64,000 bases of DNA, taken from assembly GCA_965249275.1 (NCBI GenBank), contig CBDFLQ010000007.1, positions 64,001 to 128,000 on the forward strand, read 5' to 3'. A program made the position numbers and the translations under genes. Positions within the stretch are counted from its first letter, which is position 1; each line of letters opens with the position of its first letter. This DNA comes from Dehalococcoidia bacterium. Its GTDB lineage: Bacteria; Chloroflexota; Dehalococcoidia; Plut-88900. The notes under the pieces were generated by a model. That model did no database searches and had not been told where the DNA came from. It saw only the letters and a program-made list of their open reading frames with translations. Below are positions 29,856 to 39,786 of the stretch, piece after piece.

Positions 29856-30575
29856 TCAGACGGATAAGTCCCTGCGGGCGAATATCGCCAGCGCCGCTAG
29901 GTGCCCCCCTACTACGATTCCCCCCAGAATCCCTATTCCCATCCAGTCTACAGTCCCGCTGTGCAGCAGTTCGGACGGGTCGTAGTAGTGGAAGATGGAT
30001 ACGGACGCTAGCCACTTCAGCCCCTCGTAACCCGACCCTATCACCTCGGCCAGGTAGGCAATGAAGGTTATGACGGCGGCGAGGGCCAGGGCGGTTCTCT
30101 GGTTCGAGCACATTGCAGAGGCAATCAGCGTGTAGCTGAAGACCGTCATCACCAGCAGATAACCCACTGCGGTTGAAAGGGCCAGACGCTCAATTCTGAT
30201 ATCCGCCTCGATTACGGCCACTGCCAACGCGCTTGAGGCCCAACCGACAAAAGCCAACCCTGCGACAGCCAGCGCAAAGAACATGGACTTCCCGAGAGCC
30301 GTGTGTCGGCGGCGCAGCGGCAGGGTGCCGAGCGTCAACAGCATGTTGTCTCTCTGGTTGTTGGACAGGCAGCCGGACGAGAAAATCAGGGCATAGACTA
30401 CGAGATAGAAAACAAGGGAGCCTGTCGCGGGCATGGGTAGATGAGCCGGACCGTATGCGGGCATCTCCGGGTCCCAGAAAACCGAGAGCGCTCCTAATAC
30501 GAACAGTGCCAGGGCCCACGAGACCAGAGCCAATCGACTCATCTTGAAATGGAGATGCAGAAGACGGCTGGTCAT
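29856..30575 (-). CDS. ABC-2 type permease
   Basis: Six TM helices; SIFHYYDP motif; ATGA overlap with the ATPase gene. Confidence 0.8.
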   Translation of the reverse strand: MTSRLLHLHFKMSRLALVSWALALFVLGALSVFWDPEMPAYGPAHLPMPATGSLVFYLVVYALIFSSGCLSNNQRDNMLLTLGTLPLRRRHTALGKSMFFALAVAGLAFVGWASSALAVAVIEADIRIERLALSTAVGYLLVMTVFSYTLIASAMCSNQRTALALAAVITFIAYLAEVIGSGYEGLKWLASVSIFHYYDPSELLHSGTVDWMGIGILGGIVVGGHLAALAIFARRDLSV

Positions 30576-31480
30576 ACGTACGGGCCCGGGCCATAGCCCT
30601 TCATCATGTCCATCAGTATGTTCTCAACCGCATTGTCAATGACCTCGACGTCCTCCACGGAGTACTTGCCGAGCCTCTTTAGCAGGCTTCCCGCCTCCCC
30701 GTCCAGCGTTACCACCCACTCCCTGCCGTTGCGGCTGACCACCGACATGTTGTGAGTGATGATGTCCTGGAGCTCTACGTCTTCCCGAAAAATGATCTTC
30801 ACCCGCTTGCCGAGCTTCCGGTTCAACGTGGGCATTTCCCGGATGAAGTTCATATCGCCGTTAACGAGCGTGCCCACTCTATCGCTGACCTTGGCAGCCG
30901 TACGCGGTGAATCGGTCGAGATGACGATGGTCGTGCCTTTTCGCCTCTCCTCATCTACCAGGTCGTACATTACACGTTGAGAGGACTCGTCCAGGTTGTG
31001 AAAAGGGCTGTCCAGGAGAAGTATGGGTGGATTGTGCTGGAGAGCCAGCGCCCACTCCAGCCGCACCATCTCACCCCGTGAACAGTTGCCAATCTTCTCA
31101 GATTCGTTGATCTTAAGCCGCTCCACCAATTCTTGGCGCCTGGGGGCCCCTGCCTTTCGGGCTGTGGCGCTCAAGTCCATATATTCCCGCCCCGTTAGGT
31201 CTGGGTGGAACCGTTGGTCGCCGAATACACACCCGACCCTCTCCCTGATGTGGTCGGACTCCGATGCGCAATCGTAGCCCAGGACTTCCGCCGTGCCACG
31301 AGTGGGCCGTTTCAAGCCCAGGAGGATGTGCATTAACGTTGTCCTCCCGGAGCCGCTCGGCCCCAGGATAGCAAAGGTCTCACCTTCACCGACTTCGAAA
31401 TATACGCTCTCCAGCGCCACGGCGTTGCCGTAGTGCTTGGTGAGGTCGGTTACCTGGATGAAGCGCTCTTTCCTGAACAT
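30572..31480 (-). CDS. ABC transporter ATP-binding protein with degenerate motifs
   Basis: GPSGSGRT, CSRGE, LLLDSP and STD motifs. Confidence 0.85.
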   Translation of the reverse strand: MFRKERFIQVTDLTKHYGNAVALESVYFEVGEGETFAILGPSGSGRTTLMHILLGLKRPTRGTAEVLGYDCASESDHIRERVGCVFGDQRFHPDLTGREYMDLSATARKAGAPRRQELVERLKINESEKIGNCSRGEMVRLEWALALQHNPPILLLDSPFHNLDESSQRVMYDLVDEERRKGTTIVISTDSPRTAAKVSDRVGTLVNGDMNFIREMPTLNRKLGKRVKIIFREDVELQDIITHNMSVVSRNGREWVVTLDGEAGSLLKRLGKYSVEDVEVIDNAVENILMDMMKGYGPGPYV

Positions 31481-31547
31481 GCCCGCGCGATTTTACCCCT
31501 TTTGTCCTTCCCCCGCCCCTCCCGGCCCCACCCGATTTGCCGGTCTT

Positions 31548-34121
31548 TCAGTTGATGGAGAAGACGGACCCCTGCTCGGTCTTGGTGACCTGAATGCGAA
31601 CAGGGAAGGCCTCCTTTAGCTCGTCGATGTGGGTAATGACGATTATACGGTCGAAGTCTTCCTGTATCGAGTATATGGTGTCCAGCAGCTTTTCACGCCC
31701 CGCCCCGTCCTGTGTCCCGAACCCCTCGTCGATGAACAAGATGCGCAGCGGCGCTCCGGCCCGCCGAGTCAGCAGTCGGGAAATTGCCACCCGCAATGCA
31801 AAGTTGATGCGGAACGCCTCGCCGCCGCTGAACATTTCGTAGGGCCGAGCCCCGAGCTCGTCTGCAATGTTGATGTCCAGCGTCTCAATTGAGCCGCCGG
31901 TGCGCTTCTCACGCTGCGTCTCTATCTTGACGTGCATCCGGTTGTCGGTCATGCGGCTGAGAAGCCGGTTTGCCTCATCCTCGATCTCGGGCAGGACGGT
32001 CTCGATGATCAGGGCCTGGACTCCACCCTTGCCAAACGCCCGAGCCAGCTCTTCGTAGCTCCCCTTCTCCCGAGTGGCGCGGTTGAACTGGATCCTCTGG
32101 ACTTTGGCCCTATCCTCCAAGGCTCGGATTGCCTGGAGCCGCTCCCGCAGGCCTGCGAGTCGGTCCCGACGCTCCCTCAGGTTTCGGCCAACCCCTTCCA
32201 ACAACGACTGCCCCTCTCTCAACCTCCGGACCAAACCGGGCAACTGTGCGGCCTGCTCTTCGATTCCTTGAAGACTCGTCCGCTCGGCTTCAATACGGGA
32301 TTGCAGTTCGGTCCTGCGGGCCTCTGCCAAGCGAAGGTCATCCCGAGCCTCATCGCTGCGGCTCCTAGCCTCCTGCAGCTTCAACCAGGCGAGGTCCGAG
32401 CCTTGAAGAGACCGGACCTGCTCGGAAACTTGCTGGTGGGCATCGGGATCGTACGCCAGGGCCCCGAGCCGGCGATTCAACTCAGAGAGCTCATCGCGCA
32501 CTCCCTGATTGAACGTGTCTTCTTCAAGGAGCGCCGAGACCGCAGATCGCTCTGCCTGTAGGGGCACTAGCTGACCCGCTGCCTCCTTCCCCTCCCTGAC
32601 GTCCCTTTCCAGGACCACAACCCGAGCCTGCAGGTCCCTCCGCTCCCTCTCCGCCTCGGCTTGCGCTCTCTGTGTGCCCGTCTTCGACTTGTCCCGCTCA
32701 GCAGTCATCTCCGTGATCCGACGACGGTTTTCATCGTACTTGCGGCGTCGTTGCTCACCCTCGGAATTCAGCGCCGAGCGAACGTGCTCGATTCCCGCCT
32801 CCGCCAGCGATGTCCCACACGTCGGGCATTGAGAGACCCCTTCTGTGAGAAGGTCCACCTTCTTGCGCAGCTCCTTCATCTCTTCGACCAGGTTGCGATT
32901 GTCGGATTCCAGGCTGCGTATGGCCACGGACATCTCTTCCTCGCGGCGGGACTCCTCGTTCAGTTCGAGGAAGCGTTCGTCCAGGGCCGCGAGCCTCTCG
33001 GCGCTCTGGGTCAGCCTCTCCTCCGAGACCTCTATCCTCGACTGCTTCTCTTCCAAGGCCCGACACTCGGCCTTGAGCCGTTCCAGCTTGGCATTGAGTT
33101 GGACACGCTCGGCATCCAATTGCCGTTCCAACTTATTCCGCTGGTCGGTGAGCCGGCTGTGCTCCCTCAATCCGTCAGCGAATTCCTTTTCCGCCTCGAC
33201 TGCGTGTCGAAAGCGGGCATACCGGTCTTCCAGCGCGTCGGCGTCCTGGAGTAGGCGGTCGTAGTCAGACAGCCGAGACCTGTGCCGGTCCACGTCCCCA
33301 CGGGTGCGAGACAAGTCCTCTTCCAGCCCGCGCAGCCGACCCCTTAGTGAGTCCAGTTCCGAAACACTGGACTCGATGCGGATCTTCCGGGCCGTCAACC
33401 CCTGTACAGCTTCTCGCCGCCTGCTTTCCTCAGTTTCCAGTCCTCCCACTTCTTCCAAAAGCCGGCTGACGTCGGCCTCCAAATCCGGCCTTTTCTCAGA
33501 TTCCCTTTCGATTTCGGTCAAAGAGTGCTCAAGCTGCGCCGACTCCCTCTCCCTGCTCCGCGCCTTCTGCCGCGATAACTCTTCGAGGATGTCGTAGTAG
33601 GAAAGGTCCAGTATGTCGGCGAGGACTTCTTTGCGCTCCTTGGGCGTTCGTAGGGTGAATTCGTCCGCCCGGCCCTGGCGAAGAAAGGCGCTGTTGACGA
33701 AGGTCTCGTATTCAAGGCGCAGGAGTTGGTTGATCTGGGCCTGGGTATCGGCGATGGTGTTCCCGGTGATGGGCCTGAACTGTCCCCCACCCCCCGACCC
33801 CGCAACCTGAAGCTCCAGCACGCTCGCCCCCGACCCGCGGCCTCTGGCCCTTTTCCGTTTCCTTATCACCCGGTACACGTCCTCCCCGTTGGAGAATTCC
33901 AGCTCCACCTCCATGTCCGATTCACCGATGTGAATAAGGTCGTCGACTCCCCTTCCCCTCGCCTTTCCCCACAATGCCCAGGTCATCGCATCCAACAGCG
34001 CCGATTTACCGTGTCCGTTGTCGCCGCAGATACAGGCTACGTGGATCCCTGTCAGATCCAGCGGGTCCGGGACGTCCCGGTAGCACATGAAGTTCTTGAG
34101 GCGCAGCCTGAGAGGAATCAC
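31548..34121 (-). CDS. sbcC: SbcC/Rad50 SMC-family ATPase
   Basis: GDNGHGKS Walker A, coiled coil, CPTC zinc hook, FSGGE, FIDEGFG and ITH motifs. Confidence 0.92.
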   Translation of the reverse strand: MIPLRLRLKNFMCYRDVPDPLDLTGIHVACICGDNGHGKSALLDAMTWALWGKARGRGVDDLIHIGESDMEVELEFSNGEDVYRVIRKRKRARGRGSGASVLELQVAGSGGGGQFRPITGNTIADTQAQINQLLRLEYETFVNSAFLRQGRADEFTLRTPKERKEVLADILDLSYYDILEELSRQKARSRERESAQLEHSLTEIERESEKRPDLEADVSRLLEEVGGLETEESRRREAVQGLTARKIRIESSVSELDSLRGRLRGLEEDLSRTRGDVDRHRSRLSDYDRLLQDADALEDRYARFRHAVEAEKEFADGLREHSRLTDQRNKLERQLDAERVQLNAKLERLKAECRALEEKQSRIEVSEERLTQSAERLAALDERFLELNEESRREEEMSVAIRSLESDNRNLVEEMKELRKKVDLLTEGVSQCPTCGTSLAEAGIEHVRSALNSEGEQRRRKYDENRRRITEMTAERDKSKTGTQRAQAEAERERRDLQARVVVLERDVREGKEAAGQLVPLQAERSAVSALLEEDTFNQGVRDELSELNRRLGALAYDPDAHQQVSEQVRSLQGSDLAWLKLQEARSRSDEARDDLRLAEARRTELQSRIEAERTSLQGIEEQAAQLPGLVRRLREGQSLLEGVGRNLRERRDRLAGLRERLQAIRALEDRAKVQRIQFNRATREKGSYEELARAFGKGGVQALIIETVLPEIEDEANRLLSRMTDNRMHVKIETQREKRTGGSIETLDINIADELGARPYEMFSGGEAFRINFALRVAISRLLTRRAGAPLRILFIDEGFGTQDGAGREKLLDTIYSIQEDFDRIIVITHIDELKEAFPVRIQVTKTEQGSVFSIN

Positions 34122-34167
34122 TTCGCGGCTCCCGAGACTTTCATCGGAAACGTGGAAGCGGAATACA

Positions 34168-34851
34168 TCAGTTGGGCTTGACGATGATCTTGCTGGCCGT
34201 ATCCGTGCTTATCACGATCTCGTGGTGGTCTACTTCCAGCGTGATCGTGCCCTTGAAGCCGGCCACGTCCAGCACTCTCATCGTCCATGAAGGGGACACG
34301 TTGTGCTCGTCCAGGTACTGAAGGAGCTCGGCGTCCTCTTCCGGAACGCGTTTGACGGTGACGTGGGTGCCTTTGGGAATCTCGCTCAGGGACTTGAGGT
34401 GGGACCGGATGTGCCGTGCCCTGGCATATCCCTCGCTTCCCGGTATCGGATACCCGTGAGGGCAAGTGGTCGGGTTGTTCAGCAGCTTTACTAGCCTATC
34501 GCCAACTTCCTGCGAAATGCCGTGCTCCAGCCGGTGGGCCTCCGAGTAGGCCTTATGCCAGGCCAGGTCCAGCACGTCGGTCAAGAAGCGCTCCGCCAGA
34601 CGATGCCTGCGTATGACCTCCTCAGCAATCTTGTTGCCGGCCACCGTGAGCGCTATCTCCTTCTTCCGAGAGACCTTGATGTGGCCATCTCGGGCCATTC
34701 TGCGCACCGTCCCGAATGCCGTGGCAGGAGACACGCCCAGAGTCTCTGCAAGCCGAGCCGAGATAACGGGCTTACCTTCCTCCACGAATCGGAAGATCGT
34801 CGTCAGGAAATCATCCGTCGCCACCGAGGTCGGTTTTGCTATTCCCGGCAT
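34168..34851 (-). CDS. DtxR/IdeR/MntR metal-dependent regulator with FeoA-like C-domain
   Basis: wHTH, RRHRLAERFL, EAHRLEH and CPHGYPIP motifs. Confidence 0.93.
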   Translation of the reverse strand: MPGIAKPTSVATDDFLTTIFRFVEEGKPVISARLAETLGVSPATAFGTVRRMARDGHIKVSRKKEIALTVAGNKIAEEVIRRHRLAERFLTDVLDLAWHKAYSEAHRLEHGISQEVGDRLVKLLNNPTTCPHGYPIPGSEGYARARHIRSHLKSLSEIPKGTHVTVKRVPEEDAELLQYLDEHNVSPSWTMRVLDVAGFKGTITLEVDHHEIVISTDTASKIIVKPN

Positions 34852-34945
34852 TGCAAAGCCTTATTTGTGCATTGGTTCTCAAGCGTATTCATTATTTGCC
34901 ACATGCAATCGCGTAAATTCGCACGAAAATTGCGTGAAAAAGGTA

Positions 34946-34976
34946 TTGACAGGTCTTATTTGTTAGCCTAGCCTAA
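34946..34976 (+). promoter_or_regulatory. promoter of the Fe ABC operon with overlapping DtxR/IdeR-type operator
   Basis: TTGACA(34946)-17-TAGCCT(34969); 34958-34976 ATTTGTTAGCCTAGCCTAA matches 15/19 of TTAGGTTAGCCTAACCTAA. Confidence 0.75.
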
Positions 34977-35048
34977 CTCCCAAGTTTCTCTTTATGAAGT
35001 TACCCTCATGGTGAAACGCAAATCAAATGAATTATAGCACGAGCCCTT

Positions 35049-36179
35049 TTGACGAACCGAAGTAAAGAAGGGACGGCAAACCGAGTGAATCCTTTAGGGT
35101 CCAAAAAATCAATCGTTCCCCTGACCGCCTTGGCTCTGGTTTTGGTGTTTCTGTCGACACTAGCTTTGGCATGTGGCGCCGAACCCACTCCTACGCAGGC
35201 ATCTCAGCCAAACCCCACGCAACCCCCCACAATAGACGAAGGTCAAGATGACCCCGGAGAACTCGTCATTTACTCCGGTCGAGAAGAAGACCTCATAGGC
35301 CCGATCGTCGAACAGTTCGCCACGGCCACCGGAATTGATGTCAAGGTCAACTACGGCTCTAACGCTGCCCTTGTGGCGACCATCCACGAAGAGGGCCAGA
35401 ACAGCCCCGCCGACATCTACTACGGCTCCGACCCCGGCTCCTTGGGCGCTTTGGAGTCGAGACTCCAGGACCTGCCGGACTCGATACTGTCCAAGGTAGA
35501 CCCGAAGCTTGCATCCCGGCAAGGCAAGTGGGTCGGAATTTCCGGGCGGGCTCGGACCGTTGTATACAACACCGAGACCCTTGCTGAGGCCGACCTGCCC
35601 CCCTCAATTCTTGACTACACCGATCCTAAGTGGAAGGGTCGCATCGGCTGGGCCCCTACAAACGGCTCCTTTCAGGCCTTCGTGACTGCCCTGCGATTGA
35701 CGGAGGGAGAGGACGCGGCCAGGGCGTGGCTGGAGGGCATCCAGGCCAACGAGCCCAGGGTCTATCCCAAGAACACTCCCATAGTCCAGGCGGCCGCCGA
35801 TGGTGAGATCGATGTCGGCTTTGTGAACCACTACTACCTGTTCAGGTTCCTCGCCGAGGAGGGTGAAGGGTTCAAGGCGAGAAACCACTTCCCCACGGGA
35901 GGCGACGTCGGGTCCACGATCCTGGTGTCGGGCGCAGGGATAGTTGACTCTTCCGACAATAAAGAAAATGCGGAAAGGTTCATCGAATTCCTGCTCTCGA
36001 CCGTCAGCCAGCAATACTTTGCAAGCCAGACCTTTGAATACCCGGTAATAGAGGGAGTCACGCTCCATCCGGAGCTGCTCCCTCTGTCCGAGATCGATGT
36101 CCCAGACGTAGACCTGGGCTCCTTGCAGGATTTGGAGGGGACACTGAAACTGTTACGGGACACGGGGATAGTCCCATAG
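35049..36179 (+). CDS. Fe3+ ABC transporter substrate-binding lipoprotein (FutA/FbpA family)
   Basis: LAC lipobox, YSGR, SPAD, SGRAR and NHYY motifs; start uncertain. Confidence 0.92.
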   Translation: MTNRSKEGTANRVNPLGSKKSIVPLTALALVLVFLSTLALACGAEPTPTQASQPNPTQPPTIDEGQDDPGELVIYSGREEDLIGPIVEQFATATGIDVKVNYGSNAALVATIHEEGQNSPADIYYGSDPGSLGALESRLQDLPDSILSKVDPKLASRQGKWVGISGRARTVVYNTETLAEADLPPSILDYTDPKWKGRIGWAPTNGSFQAFVTALRLTEGEDAARAWLEGIQANEPRVYPKNTPIVQAAADGEIDVGFVNHYYLFRFLAEEGEGFKARNHFPTGGDVGSTILVSGAGIVDSSDNKENAERFIEFLLSTVSQQYFASQTFEYPVIEGVTLHPELLPLSEIDVPDVDLGSLQDLEGTLKLLRDTGIVP

Positions 36180-36207
36180 TCTTCCCACTGGGTTATCAAA
36201 TCAGGCC

Positions 36208-37872
36208 GTGAGGGTAACGCGGGCAGCCAACGGCGCAGCGTTCCTCCGAGGTCCCATAGCCGGGGCCCTAAGGCAAATCATGCCTGGGGCCCCGGCCTTC
36301 ATCTGGGTCCCTGCCCTCCTGATTGCCGCCGCTCTCGCCCTGCCATTGGTCTACCTCATTCTGCGGGCCCTTGGCACGGAGAATGGCATATGGGAAGTGC
36401 TGGTCAGATGGCGCACCCTGCAAATCTTGGGACGCTCCGCGTTGCTGGCCGCATCGGTTACCGGGTTGTGCATTGCGTTGTCCGTGCCCCTGGCGTGGCT
36501 CACCGTCAGGACCGACCTCCCACTGAAGCGGTTCTGGTCGGTTGTTACGGCTCTTCCCTTGGTCATCCCCAGCTATCTGGGGGCCTTCGCCCTCATAGCG
36601 GCCCTCTCGCCGCGTGGAATGTTCCAGCAGCTTCTCGGTGGTGTCTTTGGCATTGAACGGCTCCCCGATATCCATGGGTTTTGGGGCGCGACCCTGACCC
36701 TGACAGCGCTCAGCTTTCCTTACGTCCTGCTCCCCGTGCGGGCAGCAATGCGAAACCTGGGCCCGGGGGTCGAGGAGTCAGCCCGGGTGCTGGGTCACGG
36801 GCCCTGGTCGGTCTTCTACCGCATCACCCTGATGCAGCTCCGCCCTGCCATTGTCGCCGGTGCGCTCCTCGTATCCCTCTACACCCTGAGCGATTTCGGG
36901 GCCGTTTCCCTCCTCCAATACGAGACCTTCACCTGGGCCATATATCTCCAGTTCAACTCCGCTTTCGACCGTGGCATAGCCGCAAGCCTTTCTCTGGTCC
37001 TTGTTGGTACGGCTCTGGCGATACTGCTTTTCGACTCGTATACCAGGGGCCTCGCCCGGTACTCAAGCAAGGGTGTGGGTGGCAAGAAACGCACCCCAAT
37101 GGTGAGCCTTGGCAGGTGGAAGTGGGTCGGTGTAGGGTTCTGCTCTCTCGTCGGGCTTGTGAGCATTGGCATGCCCCTCTCGGTCCTATCCTACTGGCTG
37201 GTCAGAGGCCTGGCTGCCGGCGAACAGATCAGTTCTTTCTGGGGCGCCGCCGCAAACTCCGTTTATGTATCGTTGCTGGCCGCTGCCGTGTGCGTGCTCG
37301 CCGCGGTACCCGTTGCCATGCTCAGCGTCCGATACCCGAGCCGCTTCTCCTCCATGGTCGAACGATTCAGCTATCTGGGATTCGCGTTGCCAGGGGTCGT
37401 GGTCGCCTTGGCCCTCGTCTACTTCGGCGCTAACTACGCTCTGCCTCTCTATCAGACCCTCGCCATGCTCATATTCGCCTACGCCATCCTCTTTCTGCCC
37501 CCAGCCGTGGGAGCGATAAGGGCCCAGCTGCTTCAGATAGACCCGAGAATCGAGGAGGCAGCCCGGGGCCTCGGCCTTTCCCCCCCGAGGGTCTTCCTGT
37601 CGGTAACTCTCCCCCTCATCAGGAGTGGGGTCCTGGCGGGGGGCGCACTGGTGTTCTTGATCACCATGAAGGAACTTCCGGCGACCCTCCTGCTCGGCCC
37701 TATCGGCTTCAAAACTCTGGCTACCAGCGTCTGGGGCGCCTCCGAGGCTGCCTTCTTCGCCAAGGCTGCTCTTCCCGCTCTGCTGCTGGTGCTCCTTTCC
37801 TCCGTGCCGATGGCCCTGCTGGTCCTCGCGGACAAAGGCCGAGACCAGACCCTTCAACGGGCCAAGAGGTGA
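36208..37872 (+). CDS. Fe3+ ABC transporter permease (FbpB family)
   Basis: Duplicated permease with two EAA motifs (EESARVLG, EEAARGLG); SDFG and KELP. Confidence 0.92.
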   Translation: MRVTRAANGAAFLRGPIAGALRQIMPGAPAFIWVPALLIAAALALPLVYLILRALGTENGIWEVLVRWRTLQILGRSALLAASVTGLCIALSVPLAWLTVRTDLPLKRFWSVVTALPLVIPSYLGAFALIAALSPRGMFQQLLGGVFGIERLPDIHGFWGATLTLTALSFPYVLLPVRAAMRNLGPGVEESARVLGHGPWSVFYRITLMQLRPAIVAGALLVSLYTLSDFGAVSLLQYETFTWAIYLQFNSAFDRGIAASLSLVLVGTALAILLFDSYTRGLARYSSKGVGGKKRTPMVSLGRWKWVGVGFCSLVGLVSIGMPLSVLSYWLVRGLAAGEQISSFWGAAANSVYVSLLAAAVCVLAAVPVAMLSVRYPSRFSSMVERFSYLGFALPGVVVALALVYFGANYALPLYQTLAMLIFAYAILFLPPAVGAIRAQLLQIDPRIEEAARGLGLSPPRVFLSVTLPLIRSGVLAGGALVFLITMKELPATLLLGPIGFKTLATSVWGASEAAFFAKAALPALLLVLLSSVPMALLVLADKGRDQTLQRAKR

Positions 37873-37948
37873 CTTGGGCGGGCAAGTTGATATGGAATGG
37901 TCGGCGTGAGACACTGAGGACGCTCAAAGCGAAAGGACGCTGCCGCCC

Positions 37949-39067
37949 TTGCCTGCCAACTCTAATACGGCGCACTCAGTCGTAGAGCTAAGAAACACCT
38001 CGAAGACCTACCCGGGTACCACCTTCCCAGCGGTTAGCGAACTTTCTTTCTGTTTGGCCGAGGGCGAGATCTTGTCGATCCTCGGGCCCAGCGGTTGCGG
38101 TAAGAGCACCACTCTCCGGCTGATAGCCGGGTTCGAAGCGCCGGACTCCGGTGAAGTTTTCTTACGCGACAGCCGTGCATCCGGACAGGGCTGCCACGTT
38201 CCCCCCGAGAAACGAGGCGTGGCGATGGTCTTCCAGGACTACGCCCTGTTTCCTCACCTGTCTGTCGCCAAGAACATTGGCTTCGGCCTCAGGAACATGA
38301 AATCCAAAGAGCGGGCACAGCGGGTGAAGGAAGTCCTGGACATTATAGAATTGTCCTGGTTGGCCGACAGGTACCCGCACCAGATATCGGGCGGGCAGCA
38401 GCAGAGAGTCGCGTTGGGTCGGGCCCTGGCCCCCCGGCCCGTGGTGATCCTCCTTGACGAGCCCTTCAGTAATCTGGACAACGCCATGCGAGGCCAGATG
38501 AGGCGGGAGGTGCAAGCTATTCTTCGGCGGGAAAGGGCCACGGCCATCCTCGTTACCCATGACCAGCAGGAGGCGCTATCCTTCGCTGACAGAGTGGCAG
38601 TGATGCACCGGGGGAAGCTGGAGCAGATGGGGACGCCGGAGGAGATATTTCACAAGCCCGCCACCTCCTTTGTCGCAACCTTTGTCGGGCACGCCAGCTT
38701 CATCTCCGGCCGGGTGGACGGTGAAGAGATAGACACGGAGATCGGCAGTTTGGCGTATGACGGCGACCATCTGCTCACCGAGGTCATCGTCATGATCAGA
38801 CCCGATGACGTCAAACTCCTCCCCGACGCCGCAGGCCAGGGGACCATAATGTCCAGGGAGTTTCACGGCTCCCGAAACTTCTATTTCGTGGAGCTCGACT
38901 CCGGGACGACGATTCGGAGCAGACAGCCGTCTGGGACAATATACCCTCCCGGCATGAAGGTCAGGGTCTCTCCGAAAAAGTCGGCGGAAGTCGTGGTATT
39001 CCCCCAAACCCAGCAGGGCCTGATTCCTAGAGACCTTCCTATATCAGACCTCGACTTGAACCCCTGA
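37949..39067 (+). CDS. Fe3+ ABC transporter ATPase (FbpC family)
   Basis: GPSGCGKS, ISGGQQQR, LLDEPF motifs; TOBE domain. Confidence 0.92.
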   Translation: MPANSNTAHSVVELRNTSKTYPGTTFPAVSELSFCLAEGEILSILGPSGCGKSTTLRLIAGFEAPDSGEVFLRDSRASGQGCHVPPEKRGVAMVFQDYALFPHLSVAKNIGFGLRNMKSKERAQRVKEVLDIIELSWLADRYPHQISGGQQQRVALGRALAPRPVVILLDEPFSNLDNAMRGQMRREVQAILRRERATAILVTHDQQEALSFADRVAVMHRGKLEQMGTPEEIFHKPATSFVATFVGHASFISGRVDGEEIDTEIGSLAYDGDHLLTEVIVMIRPDDVKLLPDAAGQGTIMSREFHGSRNFYFVELDSGTTIRSRQPSGTIYPPGMKVRVSPKKSAEVVVFPQTQQGLIPRDLPISDLDLNP

Positions 39068-39093
39068 CTCCTAGATCCATAACCACTCAAAAC

Positions 39094-39774
39094 ATGCCCG
39101 AAAGCGAGTCGACTATCGCAATTGACGGCCCCGGCGCGGTGGGCAAGACTACCGTCGGTAGAATGCTTTCAGAGCGCATCGGATTCCTTTTTATTGATAC
39201 GGGAGTAATGTACCGGGCAGTAACCGCCGTGGCGATTCACAGGAACGTTGACACGGATGACGAGGACGCCGTCACCTGTCTCGCAAGGTCGGTCGACATC
39301 CGCATCACCGGAGGCCCGGGGCCAGGTTCCCAGAGGGTGATGGTGGACGGCAGTGACGTAACGGGTAGCATCCGCTCCCAGGCCGTCGACAAGCGCGTCT
39401 CTGCCGTTTCCAGCTACTCCGGTGTTCGAGAGGCTATGGTCGACCAGCAGCGTGCCTTGGCGTCTCGAGAGGGAGTAGTGATGGTGGGCCGGGACATCGG
39501 CACCGTCGTCCTGCCCGATGCAAAGCTCAAGATTTACCTGACCGCAACTGCAGAGGCTCGAGCCAGGCGGCGTTACGCTGAGTTGGGGGATGCAGGTTCT
39601 GACGTGAGCTTCGAATCCGTTCTCCAGGCCCTAGAACGCCGAGACAAGACCGACTCCGAAAGGGCCCATTCGCCCCTGAAACCCGCGCTCGACTCCATAA
39701 TCGTCGACACTTCCCATCTCACTGCCGACCAGGTCGTCGACCGCATCATGGAGCTCTGGCGCACCGTGAACTGA
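39094..39774 (+). CDS. cmk: cytidylate kinase
   Basis: IAIDGPGAVGKTT, DTGVMYRA, GRDIGTVVLPDA motifs. Confidence 0.96.
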   Translation: MPESESTIAIDGPGAVGKTTVGRMLSERIGFLFIDTGVMYRAVTAVAIHRNVDTDDEDAVTCLARSVDIRITGGPGPGSQRVMVDGSDVTGSIRSQAVDKRVSAVSSYSGVREAMVDQQRALASREGVVMVGRDIGTVVLPDAKLKIYLTATAEARARRRYAELGDAGSDVSFESVLQALERRDKTDSERAHSPLKPALDSIIVDTSHLTADQVVDRIMELWRTVN

Positions 39775-39786
39775 TACTACTCGCCT

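Noticed and set aside
31548-34121. sbcC without sbcD as a novel SMC-type defence system
   Set aside because: Canonical SbcC motifs and no defence partners; sbcD is probably elsewhere in the genome.
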